A DNA stretch of 64,000 nucleotides from a virus. Below the pieces are notes generated by a model that had not been told where the DNA came from, ran no database searches, and worked only from the letters and a program-made list of their open reading frames with translations. The translations under genes were made by a program, and so were the position numbers. Below are positions 10,045 through 19,709 of the stretch, one piece after another; position 1 is the first letter of the stretch, and each line of letters starts with the position of its first letter. The stretch is taken from positions 14,416 through 78,415 of IMG/VR virus record IMGVR_UViG_3300050509_000438; one strand, 5' to 3'.

Positions 10045-11484
10045 TTAAGGGGTCGGTTTGCCGACGATGAACTTCGAGGCTCCAACCACCTGCATGCCCA
10101 TGTGAACATACATGTGAATCCTGCGCACCATTTGACCATCGGTAGCCCCGCTGCGAGCGTTCGCGCCGGTCTCGAAGATCTTGTAGTGGCCACGGGCACC
10201 AGATCCAACCGTCTTCTGGTATAGGATCGTGAAGGCATCCCGAGGGATGTTCGTCTTTGCGTCCTGCATCTTGTCCATGGGCGCAATGATGAAGTAATTC
10301 GGGTAAGGGAAGCCGGGGGCTCCTGCGAACTTCGGATGGTTCAGAGTCCGCAGCTCCTTGATGTTATACTCCAGGTTACCACTCTTGATCTGGTTGATGT
10401 TCAGATCAACCGCCTGGCGGTCATACACCATGGAACCATTCACGCCGAGTGCTGAAATGATGTCCTCTGCCTTGTACAGAAACTCAGCACCTACGTGCAT
10501 GATCACCCGGTTACCTTGCTGCTGAGACCGGCGTATCCGCGCGATCTGGCGGAACAAGTTCACTGTCGGGTTGGTGTCATAATATAGCTTCGGTGCGTTG
10601 AGCTCCAGGTTCTGAATATACCCCTGAGTGGTGTAAACACTCAGCTCTTCGCCAGTTTCCGGGTCAATGTTGGTCAGGTTGCCGTCATCTTTGTTCTGCA
10701 GGAACAGACCGTTATCGATGGCTGCGGCCATACGGATCTCGGTGTCGTTCATACCCTTGACGTAGTTGAGGTTAAAATCCTGGCCCCTCCAGTTCATCGG
10801 ATAAGTTTCATCCTGCTCCTGGAAGTCAGTGGTGATGTACTTATCAGTGAATGTCTGCAGGTAAGAAGTGAACGCCTTAGCGGTAGGCACCAGACCTTGT
10901 TGCTGGCCGCGGGTTCCTTCCTCCCATGAGTTGGATGGCAGGATGAAGCGATCACCACCGTAGGTAGAGCCTACCTGGGTAATCGTTGCTGCAAGCGAAG
11001 CCATCGATGCATGAACCTTTTGCAGGTACAGACGGTGCGCGCCTGGTGTATCTGTGTTCTTGAAGGCAATCCGCCATTCACTGTTGTTTTTGAATAGCAC
11101 ATGCTGTCCTTGGCGCGGATAGCTGTATTTGAGTGCATTCGGTCCAGTTTGAGGGCTATGGGATTCAGCCGCGAGCTGAATATACGCGTAGCCGTTGTAT
11201 GTACCTCCAGACACAAGTCCATACACATCACCAACAGTGGTGGAGGTATTGACTGCCGGTACGTCAAAGCGGGAGTTTGCTTCGTGGTGGATGAATTCCT
11301 GGCCTTTGATCTCTTTCATCAGGCCCATCTTCATCATGTCACCCCAGTCTGCTTCAACCGGGTTAACATCGAAAAGCTCAGCGCCGACCTGCGGCTTGAG
11401 CCAAAAGCTGAAGTTCGAGACCAGAGGATATTTATCTGAACTCGCGACGGAATAGTCGTTATAGGTATTTGATTCGGTTGCCAT
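10045..11484 (-). CDS. Major capsid protein candidate (positional)
   Basis: 479-aa ORF. The order portal -> E/K-rich scaffold -> this gene -> strong terminator is the canonical head module. No sequence motif verified. Confidence 0.5.
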   Translation of the reverse strand: MATESNTYNDYSVASSDKYPLVSNFSFWLKPQVGAELFDVNPVEADWGDMMKMGLMKEIKGQEFIHHEANSRFDVPAVNTSTTVGDVYGLVSGGTYNGYAYIQLAAESHSPQTGPNALKYSYPRQGQHVLFKNNSEWRIAFKNTDTPGAHRLYLQKVHASMASLAATITQVGSTYGGDRFILPSNSWEEGTRGQQQGLVPTAKAFTSYLQTFTDKYITTDFQEQDETYPMNWRGQDFNLNYVKGMNDTEIRMAAAIDNGLFLQNKDDGNLTNIDPETGEELSVYTTQGYIQNLELNAPKLYYDTNPTVNLFRQIARIRRSQQQGNRVIMHVGAEFLYKAEDIISALGVNGSMVYDRQAVDLNINQIKSGNLEYNIKELRTLNHPKFAGAPGFPYPNYFIIAPMDKMQDAKTNIPRDAFTILYQKTVGSGARGHYKIFETGANARSGATDGQMVRRIHMYVHMGMQVVGASKFIVGKPTP

Positions 11485-11515
11485 GTTGCTTTAAAAAGTT
11501 GAATGGATAAAATTT

Positions 11516-12811
11516 TTATCTCATCACCATACTCTTGCCGTTAGCATTCGCTTTCTTCTTTTGGATATTCATCTCCCATTGCTTCTCTTCGCTCAAGTTC
11601 CCCGTGACCTTGCCGCCGGCAACCTTAGCCTGCCGGTCAGGTTTCTTTGTAGCGATTTCTTCCGCGCGTATGATATTGTTTTTATCAGTGGCGCGGCGAA
11701 GCAGTTTTTCGAAAATGTCGTCACCAAATTCCATGTAAGCTATGCGCTTGACATTTTGATCAAAGTCGAGCTCACCGGCAACAAACTCTCCCTTTGTGTT
11801 GTAGTTGGCCGGGTTCCCTACCCATGCCTTGTACGCTTCATGGATCATTTTTTTCTGATCCTTGGTGAATTTGAACGGGATATCGTCCTTGGTATCATTT
11901 GTAGGACTGAAGATCAGCTCGCTGAATTCCTTCATGCTTTCGTCGATGGCAGACACATTCGCCTTGATGTTCTTGCCGACGAGAGGGTTTTCTTTGACCT
12001 TATCCTCAGTCTGAGTAGTGGTTTCTGTCTTGAGTTTGGCCTGCTCTGTTTTGATGGTTTTGCGGGCCTTGTGTACAGCGTCTTCCAGGTTGATCTCACG
12101 CAATTCCTTTGCCTCGTCAAAGGCTTCTTTGCTATCAAAATTGTCGCGATTCAGTTCGCCGTACTGCTGATTGTATTCGAAGTTGAACTTCTTGAGCGCG
12201 CGATCGCGCGGAAGCTCCGGGTGATCCATGATGAACTGCTCTTCCAGCAGCATCTTCGGATTCTCTTTCTCCACGTCCATACCCACGATACGGGAATAGG
12301 ACTGCATGCGATCGCCAAAACGGGCCGGATCAATGTCCTTAATGAAGTCCCACATTTTTTCCTGGGCTTCAGACTTGAACTTCGGCTTGGTATCCTTGGA
12401 TGACTCGAGCTGCTTTTTAAGATCTTCGTTCTCTTTAAGAACGGTGTCAACAGAGGCAAGAACTTCATCAAGATCTTCCTCATTTTTGATCTCGTAGTCC
12501 TTTGCGTATTTGCTGTTGATGTAATCGTTAACAGAAACCGGCTCTTCTACCTTTTTGTCGGTAGGATCTTCCTTGTGGTCCTCTTCCTTTTCTTCTTCGG
12601 ATTCCTTCTCGTCAGCCTCTTCTTCTTTCTCTTCCTTGCCGGACTTGTCGGACTCCTTTTCTTCTTCCTTGGTCTCTTCCTGCTCTTCTTCGACCTCCTC
12701 CTTGGTTTCAGCCTCTTCTTTCGGCTCATCCTTTTTGGCTACCGGAACGTCGACGTGCTCCATTTTTTCAAGGTCGAATACTTTTTTGGTTTCTGTAGCG
12801 GGTGTTTCCAT
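11516..12811 (-). CDS. Scaffolding protein candidate
   Basis: 431-aa ORF with an extremely E/K-rich N-terminal third and coiled-coil-like composition, located between the portal and capsid candidates. Confidence 0.5.
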   Translation of the reverse strand: METPATETKKVFDLEKMEHVDVPVAKKDEPKEEAETKEEVEEEQEETKEEEKESDKSGKEEKEEEADEKESEEEKEEDHKEDPTDKKVEEPVSVNDYINSKYAKDYEIKNEEDLDEVLASVDTVLKENEDLKKQLESSKDTKPKFKSEAQEKMWDFIKDIDPARFGDRMQSYSRIVGMDVEKENPKMLLEEQFIMDHPELPRDRALKKFNFEYNQQYGELNRDNFDSKEAFDEAKELREINLEDAVHKARKTIKTEQAKLKTETTTQTEDKVKENPLVGKNIKANVSAIDESMKEFSELIFSPTNDTKDDIPFKFTKDQKKMIHEAYKAWVGNPANYNTKGEFVAGELDFDQNVKRIAYMEFGDDIFEKLLRRATDKNNIIRAEEIATKKPDRQAKVAGGKVTGNLSEEKQWEMNIQKKKANANGKSMVMR

Positions 12812-12817
12812 GCATTA

Positions 12818-12825
12818 CAAAGTTA
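12818..12825 (-). promoter_or_regulatory. TAnnTTTG-type box next to start codon
   Basis: TAACTTTG on the minus strand, 6 nt upstream of the scaffold ATG at 12811. Confidence 0.4.
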
Positions 12826-12876
12826 AGTGAAATATTTGAATACTCGTTTAGACGATTATTTAAGGTATAAAAAAAT

Positions 12877-15327
12877 CTACTTCTTCTTCCCTGCCGCCGT
12901 AGGCTTCGGCCGTGCCTTTATTTCCTCACGCTTCACCTGGTTCTTCTCGGCCTCAGTCTGCGCCTTTACCATCGTATCCATGTTCTTGCTGTCTACCTTC
13001 TGCTTCTCGGGGATATTCCGGATGGTCTGCTTGACGATCTCGGCCTGCTGATCACCCTGCGCGATGAAGCGCTTGGTCTGGTTATCCAGGGATTTGATCA
13101 TCCGGTCATCCATGCGCTTCTGCGCCTGCAAGCGTTCCTGTATCTGGCCGTTCAGGATCGCGAGTTCCTTATCGAGTTGAGCCTGGGCCTGCATAACCGC
13201 CATCTCGCCCTCGATCTTGAGTTGTGCTGACTGCTGATTGCCTTCGAGTTGCATCTGGTGGTTGCGCTCAAGCTGAGCCTGCATCTTACGCTCGAACTGC
13301 TTCTGTTTGACCCCCAGCATTTGCCGGGCCTGTTTGAGGTTGTCGATCTCCCGGACGTAAGCACTATCGGCCAGGGATATCCCGCCGGGGAGACCATTTA
13401 CGCCAGCCTGTATGGCTACTGATACATCCGCGTAGAACGATGCCCACTCTTGTTCTGTAGGCTGCCGTGTCAGGAACAGCCCATATTCGCAGTACGCGAT
13501 GTCCGGAGCCACATTGTAGTACCCGGAGTTGACCTTGCCTAATGCCGGGATGAAGCCTTCGATCGTGTGCCCATCAGCCTTGGACTGCTGCGCCAAGAGC
13601 AATAACTGGTGGCTGCAGCGCTTGTACAGGTACTCATGGGCATTATACAGATACTCCATATCGAAGTCCGAGGTCATCTGGCTGAGCTGCGCATTACGTA
13701 CGGCGAGCCGGTCCGGGATCTCCGAAGACTCGATCGCCGAGGTTCCCGTCATCTGCTCAAGCATGTTGATAGCCAGCGTGAGCATGTTCATGTAGTCGGC
13801 CATCACAAGGCCGCCAGAGGTCACTCCCATAGCATCGCCTATCTTCTGATCGTACTTGTTGGTCGCGCCACGCTTGATGAGGATCTGCTTCTTTAGGAAC
13901 AGTTTCATCACATCGAGCGGCGTCCAAACCTTTCCGCCGTGGCCGATAGCCACATCTTCAAGCTGATTGAAGTCAATCTCCAGGATGCCCATGTAGCCCT
14001 TGGCCAATACCTCCTTGATCTTGTTCCAGGCCACGTTCACCATGAACAGCGGCTCGATCATCTGGGAAGCGAAGCTCACAGTACGGCCTTCTTTGAAGTT
14101 AGTGGCGAAGGTTTTGATCGGCAGGCTGGAGTTCACAAGGTTGGTCCGGGGGTACTTCTTGCGGCCGTAGCCATACACACAATTGCTGTCCACCACCCAG
14201 GTGCCGCCATAAATCGAGGTATAGTCGTTCTTGATCAGGGAGCGCTCACCGGTATCGTATAGATGCGCAACTTCCTTTGGAGGAGTGTAGTTGTAGCTCT
14301 TTTCAATAAATATTTCCCCATCGTTGAGGTTCTTCTGTTTGACGAACCGGCGGTTATCTTCAGACCGGAAGTAGAACTTCATCACGGGGATGTACCCCAG
14401 GCCGTCGTAGTTCTCCAGGCGTTTGTAGTCGACAAAGTAGGAATTGTTGGGGGTGGTGCTGGAGTGAGCGCGGACGATCTCCATCTGTTCATCCAGGCTA
14501 AGCTCATCGCGGGTTTCCTTGATAAACTGGCTTACGGTAATAAAATCGAAGAATCCGGCATACTCCTGCTCCTCAAAGTCGTCGTTATCCACATAGGATC
14601 CGATCCAGAACTTCGGGTTGATCCGTTCTGATCGCGGCACGCCATTGCAATCCAGGTAACAGTGCAGGTGCCCGCGGCCGATCACAGTCAGGTCCCAGTC
14701 CACCTCACGCATCTTCTGGTTGAAGTTGTTGATCTCCTGGATTAGTTTGATGGTCAGCTCCGCCTCGATCTCCTTTTTGATCTTGGGGTTGACCATAATA
14801 TCGTACTCCATCTCATCAGGATACTGCGGCAGAGAGTCGACATCGAGTTCCGGAAATAGCTCTTTTGGGTCAAAACCCATACTGGTAACCCATTCTTTGA
14901 GCCGGTAGAAGGCATCGAGGGCTGCTGCGTAATCGGCTTTTTCGTCGACCGACACGATGTCGATCGCGTTCACACCAATGTCAAAGTGGTTCTTTTGGAT
15001 CTTGGCGACGGCGCGGTTGACGTACTTTGGCGCCAGGTTTAGAACCTGGATGTCGAGGAAGGCCAGTGCGTTGCTGCCGTCGTTGAGTGGACTGTTGGCA
15101 TCGAGGTACCCGAAGAGCTTCCTGATTCCGTCTACTGACTGGCGACCCTGGGCGAGTTCAACCAACGAGTCGAACTCCGAGGTACCGTAGAAGAAGGTCG
15201 AGCCATAGCGATTGCTGCTGAAGTACATCGCGCGTGCATAGCTCAAGCCATACGCTGGCAACTCCTTGGTTTTCGGATCAACAAATTCACTTGGAAAGTA
15301 GCAGTGTCCGTCGGGCAAACCTACCAT
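12877..15327 (-). CDS. Portal protein candidate
   Basis: 816-aa ORF, the first large gene after the terminase. Q/E/K-rich coiled-coil C-terminal tail. Call is based on size and position. Confidence 0.55.
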   Translation of the reverse strand: MVGLPDGHCYFPSEFVDPKTKELPAYGLSYARAMYFSSNRYGSTFFYGTSEFDSLVELAQGRQSVDGIRKLFGYLDANSPLNDGSNALAFLDIQVLNLAPKYVNRAVAKIQKNHFDIGVNAIDIVSVDEKADYAAALDAFYRLKEWVTSMGFDPKELFPELDVDSLPQYPDEMEYDIMVNPKIKKEIEAELTIKLIQEINNFNQKMREVDWDLTVIGRGHLHCYLDCNGVPRSERINPKFWIGSYVDNDDFEEQEYAGFFDFITVSQFIKETRDELSLDEQMEIVRAHSSTTPNNSYFVDYKRLENYDGLGYIPVMKFYFRSEDNRRFVKQKNLNDGEIFIEKSYNYTPPKEVAHLYDTGERSLIKNDYTSIYGGTWVVDSNCVYGYGRKKYPRTNLVNSSLPIKTFATNFKEGRTVSFASQMIEPLFMVNVAWNKIKEVLAKGYMGILEIDFNQLEDVAIGHGGKVWTPLDVMKLFLKKQILIKRGATNKYDQKIGDAMGVTSGGLVMADYMNMLTLAINMLEQMTGTSAIESSEIPDRLAVRNAQLSQMTSDFDMEYLYNAHEYLYKRCSHQLLLLAQQSKADGHTIEGFIPALGKVNSGYYNVAPDIAYCEYGLFLTRQPTEQEWASFYADVSVAIQAGVNGLPGGISLADSAYVREIDNLKQARQMLGVKQKQFERKMQAQLERNHQMQLEGNQQSAQLKIEGEMAVMQAQAQLDKELAILNGQIQERLQAQKRMDDRMIKSLDNQTKRFIAQGDQQAEIVKQTIRNIPEKQKVDSKNMDTMVKAQTEAEKNQVKREEIKARPKPTAAGKKK

Positions 15328-15407
15328 TGGATCTCAGGTGGGGTTATTTTCATAAAGATAGGTAAAAAATTGCATAGGCGAGTATTTGTGTCATTGGTGA
15401 AGATTTT

Positions 15408-15448
15408 TGTAAAAATATTTGCACATAAAGATTCAATTGTTACCTTTG
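15408..15448 (+). promoter_or_regulatory. Promoter-like pair of recurrent boxes (plus strand)
   Basis: TGTAAAAAT (15408-15416), 24 nt, TACCTTTG (15441-15448), 8 nt, ATG at 15457. Confidence 0.4.
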
Positions 15449-15456
15449 GATTACTT

Positions 15457-15519
15457 ATGGCGGGCAGTGGTGGTGTGAGGTTTGGTAGTGGTCCGGTACG
15501 CATAGGTGGGGTCGGCTAA
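15457..15519 (+). other. Candidate small transcript / 20-codon Gly-rich micro-ORF
   Basis: ATG...TAA encodes MAGSGGVRFGSGPVRIGGVG. It is flanked by the promoter-like boxes upstream and a hairpin + T-run downstream, and lies on the opposite strand to every neighbouring gene. Confidence 0.3.
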
Positions 15520-15534
15520 CGGCAAGGTATGGGG

Positions 15535-15563
15535 AAGAGAGATCATCACTGATCTCTCTTTTA
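15535..15563. terminator. 10-bp perfect hairpin between terminase and portal genes
   Basis: AAGAGAGATC-atcact-GATCTCTCTT (15535-15560). On the plus strand it runs into TTTT; on the minus strand it directly abuts the terminase stop (15561-15563). Confidence 0.5.
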
Positions 15564-17723
15564 ATTTAAGGCCCTCCCTTCATTATCTGTTAGCGGTAGC
15601 ATTTGGGCAATATCCATAAATACTTTCGGTTTTACTTTCGGCTGAATTTTTGTTGCGAGTTCAGCAAATCCACAAGCAACCGCAAAATCAAATTCAGTTG
15701 TTCGTCTTGGATTAAAAAGCAAAAGATCTTCTATAAGATCTACAAAAGGAATTGTGTGGCCAAAATATTCTACATATGTCGCGAGCAGCGACGTATAATC
15801 CTGAATGATGGTTTGACTAGCCGGTGTACCCTCCGTTGACAAGCGCGTCTTGTTCTTCAACCATTCCGGTTCATACTTGTTCAAAATGAACTGCCCGCAT
15901 CCATGATCATTGAAATAGTTGATCACCGAATATTTCTGACTCTCCACATGTACCGACACTCCGAAGAACCAGCAGATCATGAGCACGCGCTCGAATAGCA
16001 CGTTGGGATCGTTCGGGCGCGAATCCATCATGCCGAAGTACCGATTGGTCTTATACTGATACTTCTGCTCAGCACGCTCTTTCAGTATCTCAAGACTTAG
16101 TGACCCATCGATTGCCGGATCATACTTAGTCTTCAGCAGCATCACAGGCTTGGAACGACGCGCGCTTAAGAACTCATCCTCACCAATGCCTTGCTTGGAT
16201 TCGATGATAATCCCGTGCTCGATGGGGTCAAGACCGGCGGCGAACCTGGCATCATTGCGCGGGACGTATTGATACTCTCCACCGATCAGTTTCTTGTCTA
16301 CAAGATTGCATTCTTTCTCAACATCCAGTGGTAACCATGACGCCTTAAACCATCCGGAGGTTGGGTTGTGCCTGTAGCGTATTTTGCTGAACCTGACGTT
16401 GTTCTCCCAGTATAGATCGAACCGATTGTACATAGGAGTCGTCTGCATGTCGATCTCTGACTTACGATCCTGAAGTATGGTGGCATTGAACTCACAACGG
16501 TCTGCGCTGACATAGAATATCTCCTTGACGGTGAGTGGATACTTACGGATGATGTCTGCGTGGTCGCTCGGATTGTTCTTGACTGACTCTCGTTCAGCCA
16601 GGATCCATTCCTTCGCTTCCTTGCGCATCGGGAATCCCCACTCGTCGAAGTAACCCTCAAGCGCACAGTCCCCTGGAAGATAGGCGAAGTACAGACCTGA
16701 GATGGTTTGGCCAATTGGTGTACGCACATCATAATCGCTTTCCATTGCGAGCTTCTGGTATGCCTTACCACCACGCGCCGCGACATCCAAAAACTCGACC
16801 GTCGTTGCCCCGAAATGCTTGCCTCGTATGAATTTACCTCGTTTGAGACATGGCTTTATGAATGACCATCGCTTCGATACATTACCGCCGAGAAACTTAC
16901 CAAGTTCTTCGCCAACATAGCTGTGCAGCACAGCCTGATCGTATGCAGCTTCTTTCGAGATGCGGTAGTCCATGAATGACTCCAGGGTATCTGGCTGATC
17001 ATGGATGTTAAATCGCTTGCCGCGCCGCGGAGATATTTCAAATCGGATTCCTTCGGATTGCTTGTCGGTGACGTCGTAAGTTGGCTTGAAATAAAATGGA
17101 ATTTTGTAAAAAGGTTTTAATACGTGGGTGTCGTAGAACGCATAAACTTTATCATCGTTCTCGCCCTGCATGCCGCTGTAGTGCTTGCGTGCTCGAATGG
17201 TCCTGAACACGATCCACGCGCCCATTAGTGCCGACTTGCCGTAACGTCGAATAGTATTGAGTAGACCACCAAAAGAGTTCGGATCCTCTTCCCAGAACTG
17301 TACCCAGTACGTTATCTCAATATCTGGTATGCGGAAGTCTGGATACCCGAAGTATGTCTCCCATGCTGTCAGGTAGAACCAGTAGAACCTTGTAAGGAAC
17401 GTCTTCTTGCCTTTATTCCAAATCCATACCCCATCCGTTGTGCGCTTCCACTCGCGATCTTCCCATTCGGCAAGGTCAGCCTCGAACGGACTTTTGAAGT
17501 TTGGATCATATTGCTTGCTATCGGGATCTGACTTTACGATCCATTCCTTTGCTGCCTTCTGAAGATATTCAGGCATGACAGGCCGTACGAACTTGTTTTC
17601 TTCTTTGAAGAGGACATCTTCATCAGCAGGTTCTGGTGGCAGGTAGACTTCTTTGATGCCTTCACCGCTGAGTCCGGTGATAAGGAACTGGAACTTGTAG
17701 GGGTTCGAGGTTGGTTGATACAT
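15561..17723 (-). CDS. Terminase large subunit
   Basis: 720-aa ORF. P-loop-like RRYGKSALMG with later acidic motifs (VGEELG, GLDPIEHG). Flanked by HNH and the portal candidate. Confidence 0.6.
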   Translation of the reverse strand: MYQPTSNPYKFQFLITGLSGEGIKEVYLPPEPADEDVLFKEENKFVRPVMPEYLQKAAKEWIVKSDPDSKQYDPNFKSPFEADLAEWEDREWKRTTDGVWIWNKGKKTFLTRFYWFYLTAWETYFGYPDFRIPDIEITYWVQFWEEDPNSFGGLLNTIRRYGKSALMGAWIVFRTIRARKHYSGMQGENDDKVYAFYDTHVLKPFYKIPFYFKPTYDVTDKQSEGIRFEISPRRGKRFNIHDQPDTLESFMDYRISKEAAYDQAVLHSYVGEELGKFLGGNVSKRWSFIKPCLKRGKFIRGKHFGATTVEFLDVAARGGKAYQKLAMESDYDVRTPIGQTISGLYFAYLPGDCALEGYFDEWGFPMRKEAKEWILAERESVKNNPSDHADIIRKYPLTVKEIFYVSADRCEFNATILQDRKSEIDMQTTPMYNRFDLYWENNVRFSKIRYRHNPTSGWFKASWLPLDVEKECNLVDKKLIGGEYQYVPRNDARFAAGLDPIEHGIIIESKQGIGEDEFLSARRSKPVMLLKTKYDPAIDGSLSLEILKERAEQKYQYKTNRYFGMMDSRPNDPNVLFERVLMICWFFGVSVHVESQKYSVINYFNDHGCGQFILNKYEPEWLKNKTRLSTEGTPASQTIIQDYTSLLATYVEYFGHTIPFVDLIEDLLLFNPRRTTEFDFAVACGFAELATKIQPKVKPKVFMDIAQMLPLTDNEGRALN

Positions 17724-17730
17724 TCAACCT

Positions 17731-17738
17731 CAAAGGTA
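17731..17738 (-). promoter_or_regulatory. TAnnTTTG-type box next to start codon
   Basis: TACCTTTG on the minus strand, 7 nt upstream of the terminase ATG (17723), inside a 20-nt intergenic gap. Confidence 0.4.
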
Positions 17739-17743
17739 CGTAA

Positions 17744-18211
17744 TTATTTTTTCACACGCTCTTCGGGTCGCATGATGCGCAGTTGCTGCTTGGCCATCTC
17801 GATCTCGTCCTTGTAATTGTAAATCTTCTCGAAGGTACGGTTGATGCGATCAAGGAGCTCTTCGGACTTAGCTGAGATCGTGTTCTTCAGATTGATTGCC
17901 TTCAGGATGGATTCCTCATCGGCCTTTTCTGTATCGAGAGATTCCATCTTAATATGCTGCATCTCCCAAAAGAGTTGCTGATCACTGACCAGCATGACGT
18001 ATTCATTTGGGTTCTCTGCGGACAGGAAGTCGAAGATCTCTTTGTTGATCTTCTTGTCCTTGAGGTTGACAATATCCTGACTCTTCTCCCAGTCGAGTCC
18101 GGCACGCTTGCAGGCTTCCTTCTTGCGCTCATCCAGGCTGGCGATCTTGTTGAGATCGGAGTCCTTGGAGTAGAGGTGCTGGATGTATTTAAGGGTTTTG
18201 CGGTCGGTCAT
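17744..18211 (-). CDS. Hypothetical protein (small terminase only as a positional guess)
   Basis: 155-aa K/E-rich helical ORF directly upstream of the large terminase. Overlaps the HNH gene end by 4 nt. Confidence 0.35.
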   Translation of the reverse strand: MTDRKTLKYIQHLYSKDSDLNKIASLDERKKEACKRAGLDWEKSQDIVNLKDKKINKEIFDFLSAENPNEYVMLVSDQQLFWEMQHIKMESLDTEKADEESILKAINLKNTISAKSEELLDRINRTFEKIYNYKDEIEMAKQQLRIMRPEERVKK

Positions 18212-18624
18212 CTTGGAATATTTATTACTTCATCAAGTGCTTGTTGACACCATACTGTTATCTGTTTCCTGTTTGCCCTTCGCCATAATATATATTCAAT
18301 GTACATCATATCTGCCTTCTCCGTATTGCAGGACCGGCATGCAGGCACTATATTTTCCTTCCCTATGCCTCCTTTTGATTTTGGTATTTTGTGATCTCGG
18401 GTGATGCGGGAAATGGCAACTAATTTTCCACAGTAATGGCATTGTATAAATGCCTTGTCATGGGTTTGGTGAGTCTTGGCTGCAAGTTCAGGGAGCGATA
18501 TTATACGCTTTGGTCTATAGTCAATTCTCTTTTCTTCACTAATCCTTTTATCGCGCATGGCCTTCGTCTCTGCATCCAGTGCATCAAAAAATGCTTGCCT
18601 TTTATCGTCGTGCTTTATACACAT
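18208..18624 (-). CDS. HNH endonuclease (packaging-associated)
   Basis: CHYCGKLVAISRITRDHKIPKSKGG...NIVPACRSCNTEK is a canonical HNH motif with flanking Cys pairs. Adjacent to the terminase genes. Confidence 0.85.
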   Translation of the reverse strand: MCIKHDDKRQAFFDALDAETKAMRDKRISEEKRIDYRPKRIISLPELAAKTHQTHDKAFIQCHYCGKLVAISRITRDHKIPKSKGGIGKENIVPACRSCNTEKADMMYIEYILWRRANRKQITVWCQQALDEVINIPR

Positions 18625-18870
18625 TCTGTTTTAACTTAAAAAAAGGGGTTCCCGATTACAGCCAGTACCACACGGGAAGGGCTCAGATTGTTTTCACGTG
18701 GGCTACAAGCGTATTACTACTTGCCCTGCATCGGCCTCTCATCACCCAATGCATCGCTTTACCGAATTTCATTCTGCCGATCTCATTTGATCGGTGTCTG
18801 TACCAGAATTACAATCATTCTCTCACTGGTTTCCCTGCAATGGACACGCCAATGCACCCCATGCGGCTTC

Positions 18871-19689
18871 TCATCCCGCAATTACCTTACAAAGCACATC
18901 CTCCTTCAAAACCGCAAAATACTCCACTCCCTCCACCTTCACCGGCCAGTTCGCCCCGTAGTTGTAGATGATCTTGTCGCCTACCTGCAGGTCGCAGAAT
19001 GGGCTGAAGTGGCGCATGAACGCCTCGAGCGGCTTGTTCTCCGGCTGGGACTTCTTCACTATCCATTCCTCCTTGGGCCGCATGCGAATAGAGCCATCCG
19101 GGTTGGTCAGCGGCTTGCCGTTCACCACTACCGGCGTGGGGATGCTGATGTCCTCCCATGTCTCCACGTTGGGCTCCACAAGGCACCAGTCGCCCTGCAT
19201 GATGATCTCACCATCACGTACCGAGCAGATGATCTCGTTGCAGCCTGCCTTGTACAGCGTGCGCCCGCGGTGCTTGCCGAGCTCGTTGTCGGGCTCGGTT
19301 ACCCACTCTCCGAAGTAAACCTTGTCGCCACGCTGAATGTCACACTTGGCGGCGATGTCCGCGATCGTGATGGTCTTGAAGCCTTCCCATGTTGAGCAGG
19401 AATAGTACTCTGCGCTTCTATTGTACCCGGCACGAATCTTGGCTTCAATATGGTCGCCGCCAACATAGGCGCGCGGCGCCGGCACCCCGGGATCCACAAG
19501 TTCAAGAACCTGGCGCGTGAAATTGATCGGACAGGTTTCCACGAAGCCGTAGATGCGTTTGCGGGCAAAGCGCTCGATCTCTTCGTCGTTCTGATGGGCG
19601 GTGTTCAGGGTCACAATCCCGCTGTTCGTGGTCTTGGACTCGTACTTTTGGTCTACGGAGACGATGAAAAAGTCGTTAATGATTTGCAT
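18871..19689 (-). CDS. Hypothetical protein with GroES-like N- and C-terminal segments
   Basis: 272-aa ORF. The N-terminus (MQIINDFFIVSVDQKYESKTTNSGIV) and C-terminus (GDKIIYNYGANWPVKVEGVEYFAVLKEDVLCKV) resemble the two ends of a Cpn10 barrel separated by a large insertion. Confidence 0.4.
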   Translation of the reverse strand: MQIINDFFIVSVDQKYESKTTNSGIVTLNTAHQNDEEIERFARKRIYGFVETCPINFTRQVLELVDPGVPAPRAYVGGDHIEAKIRAGYNRSAEYYSCSTWEGFKTITIADIAAKCDIQRGDKVYFGEWVTEPDNELGKHRGRTLYKAGCNEIICSVRDGEIIMQGDWCLVEPNVETWEDISIPTPVVVNGKPLTNPDGSIRMRPKEEWIVKKSQPENKPLEAFMRHFSPFCDLQVGDKIIYNYGANWPVKVEGVEYFAVLKEDVLCKVIAG

Positions 19690-19709
19690 CTTTGTTAAAA
19701 TTTACAGCT

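Noticed and set aside
11561-12403. 280-aa plus-strand ORF, with several others at 11535-12830
   Set aside because: These are antisense to the E/K-rich scaffold gene. The L/F-rich low-complexity translation is the mirror image of GAA/AAG repeats.
13529-14631. Chain of plus-strand ORFs (88-122 aa) inside the portal gene
   Set aside because: They are antisense to an 816-aa uninterrupted ORF and have no start-context motifs.
18579-19395. Plus-strand ORFs of 130 and 235 aa
   Set aside because: They overlap the minus-strand 272-aa gene antisense and extend into the non-coding gap. Their composition (R/L/H/P-rich) is atypical.
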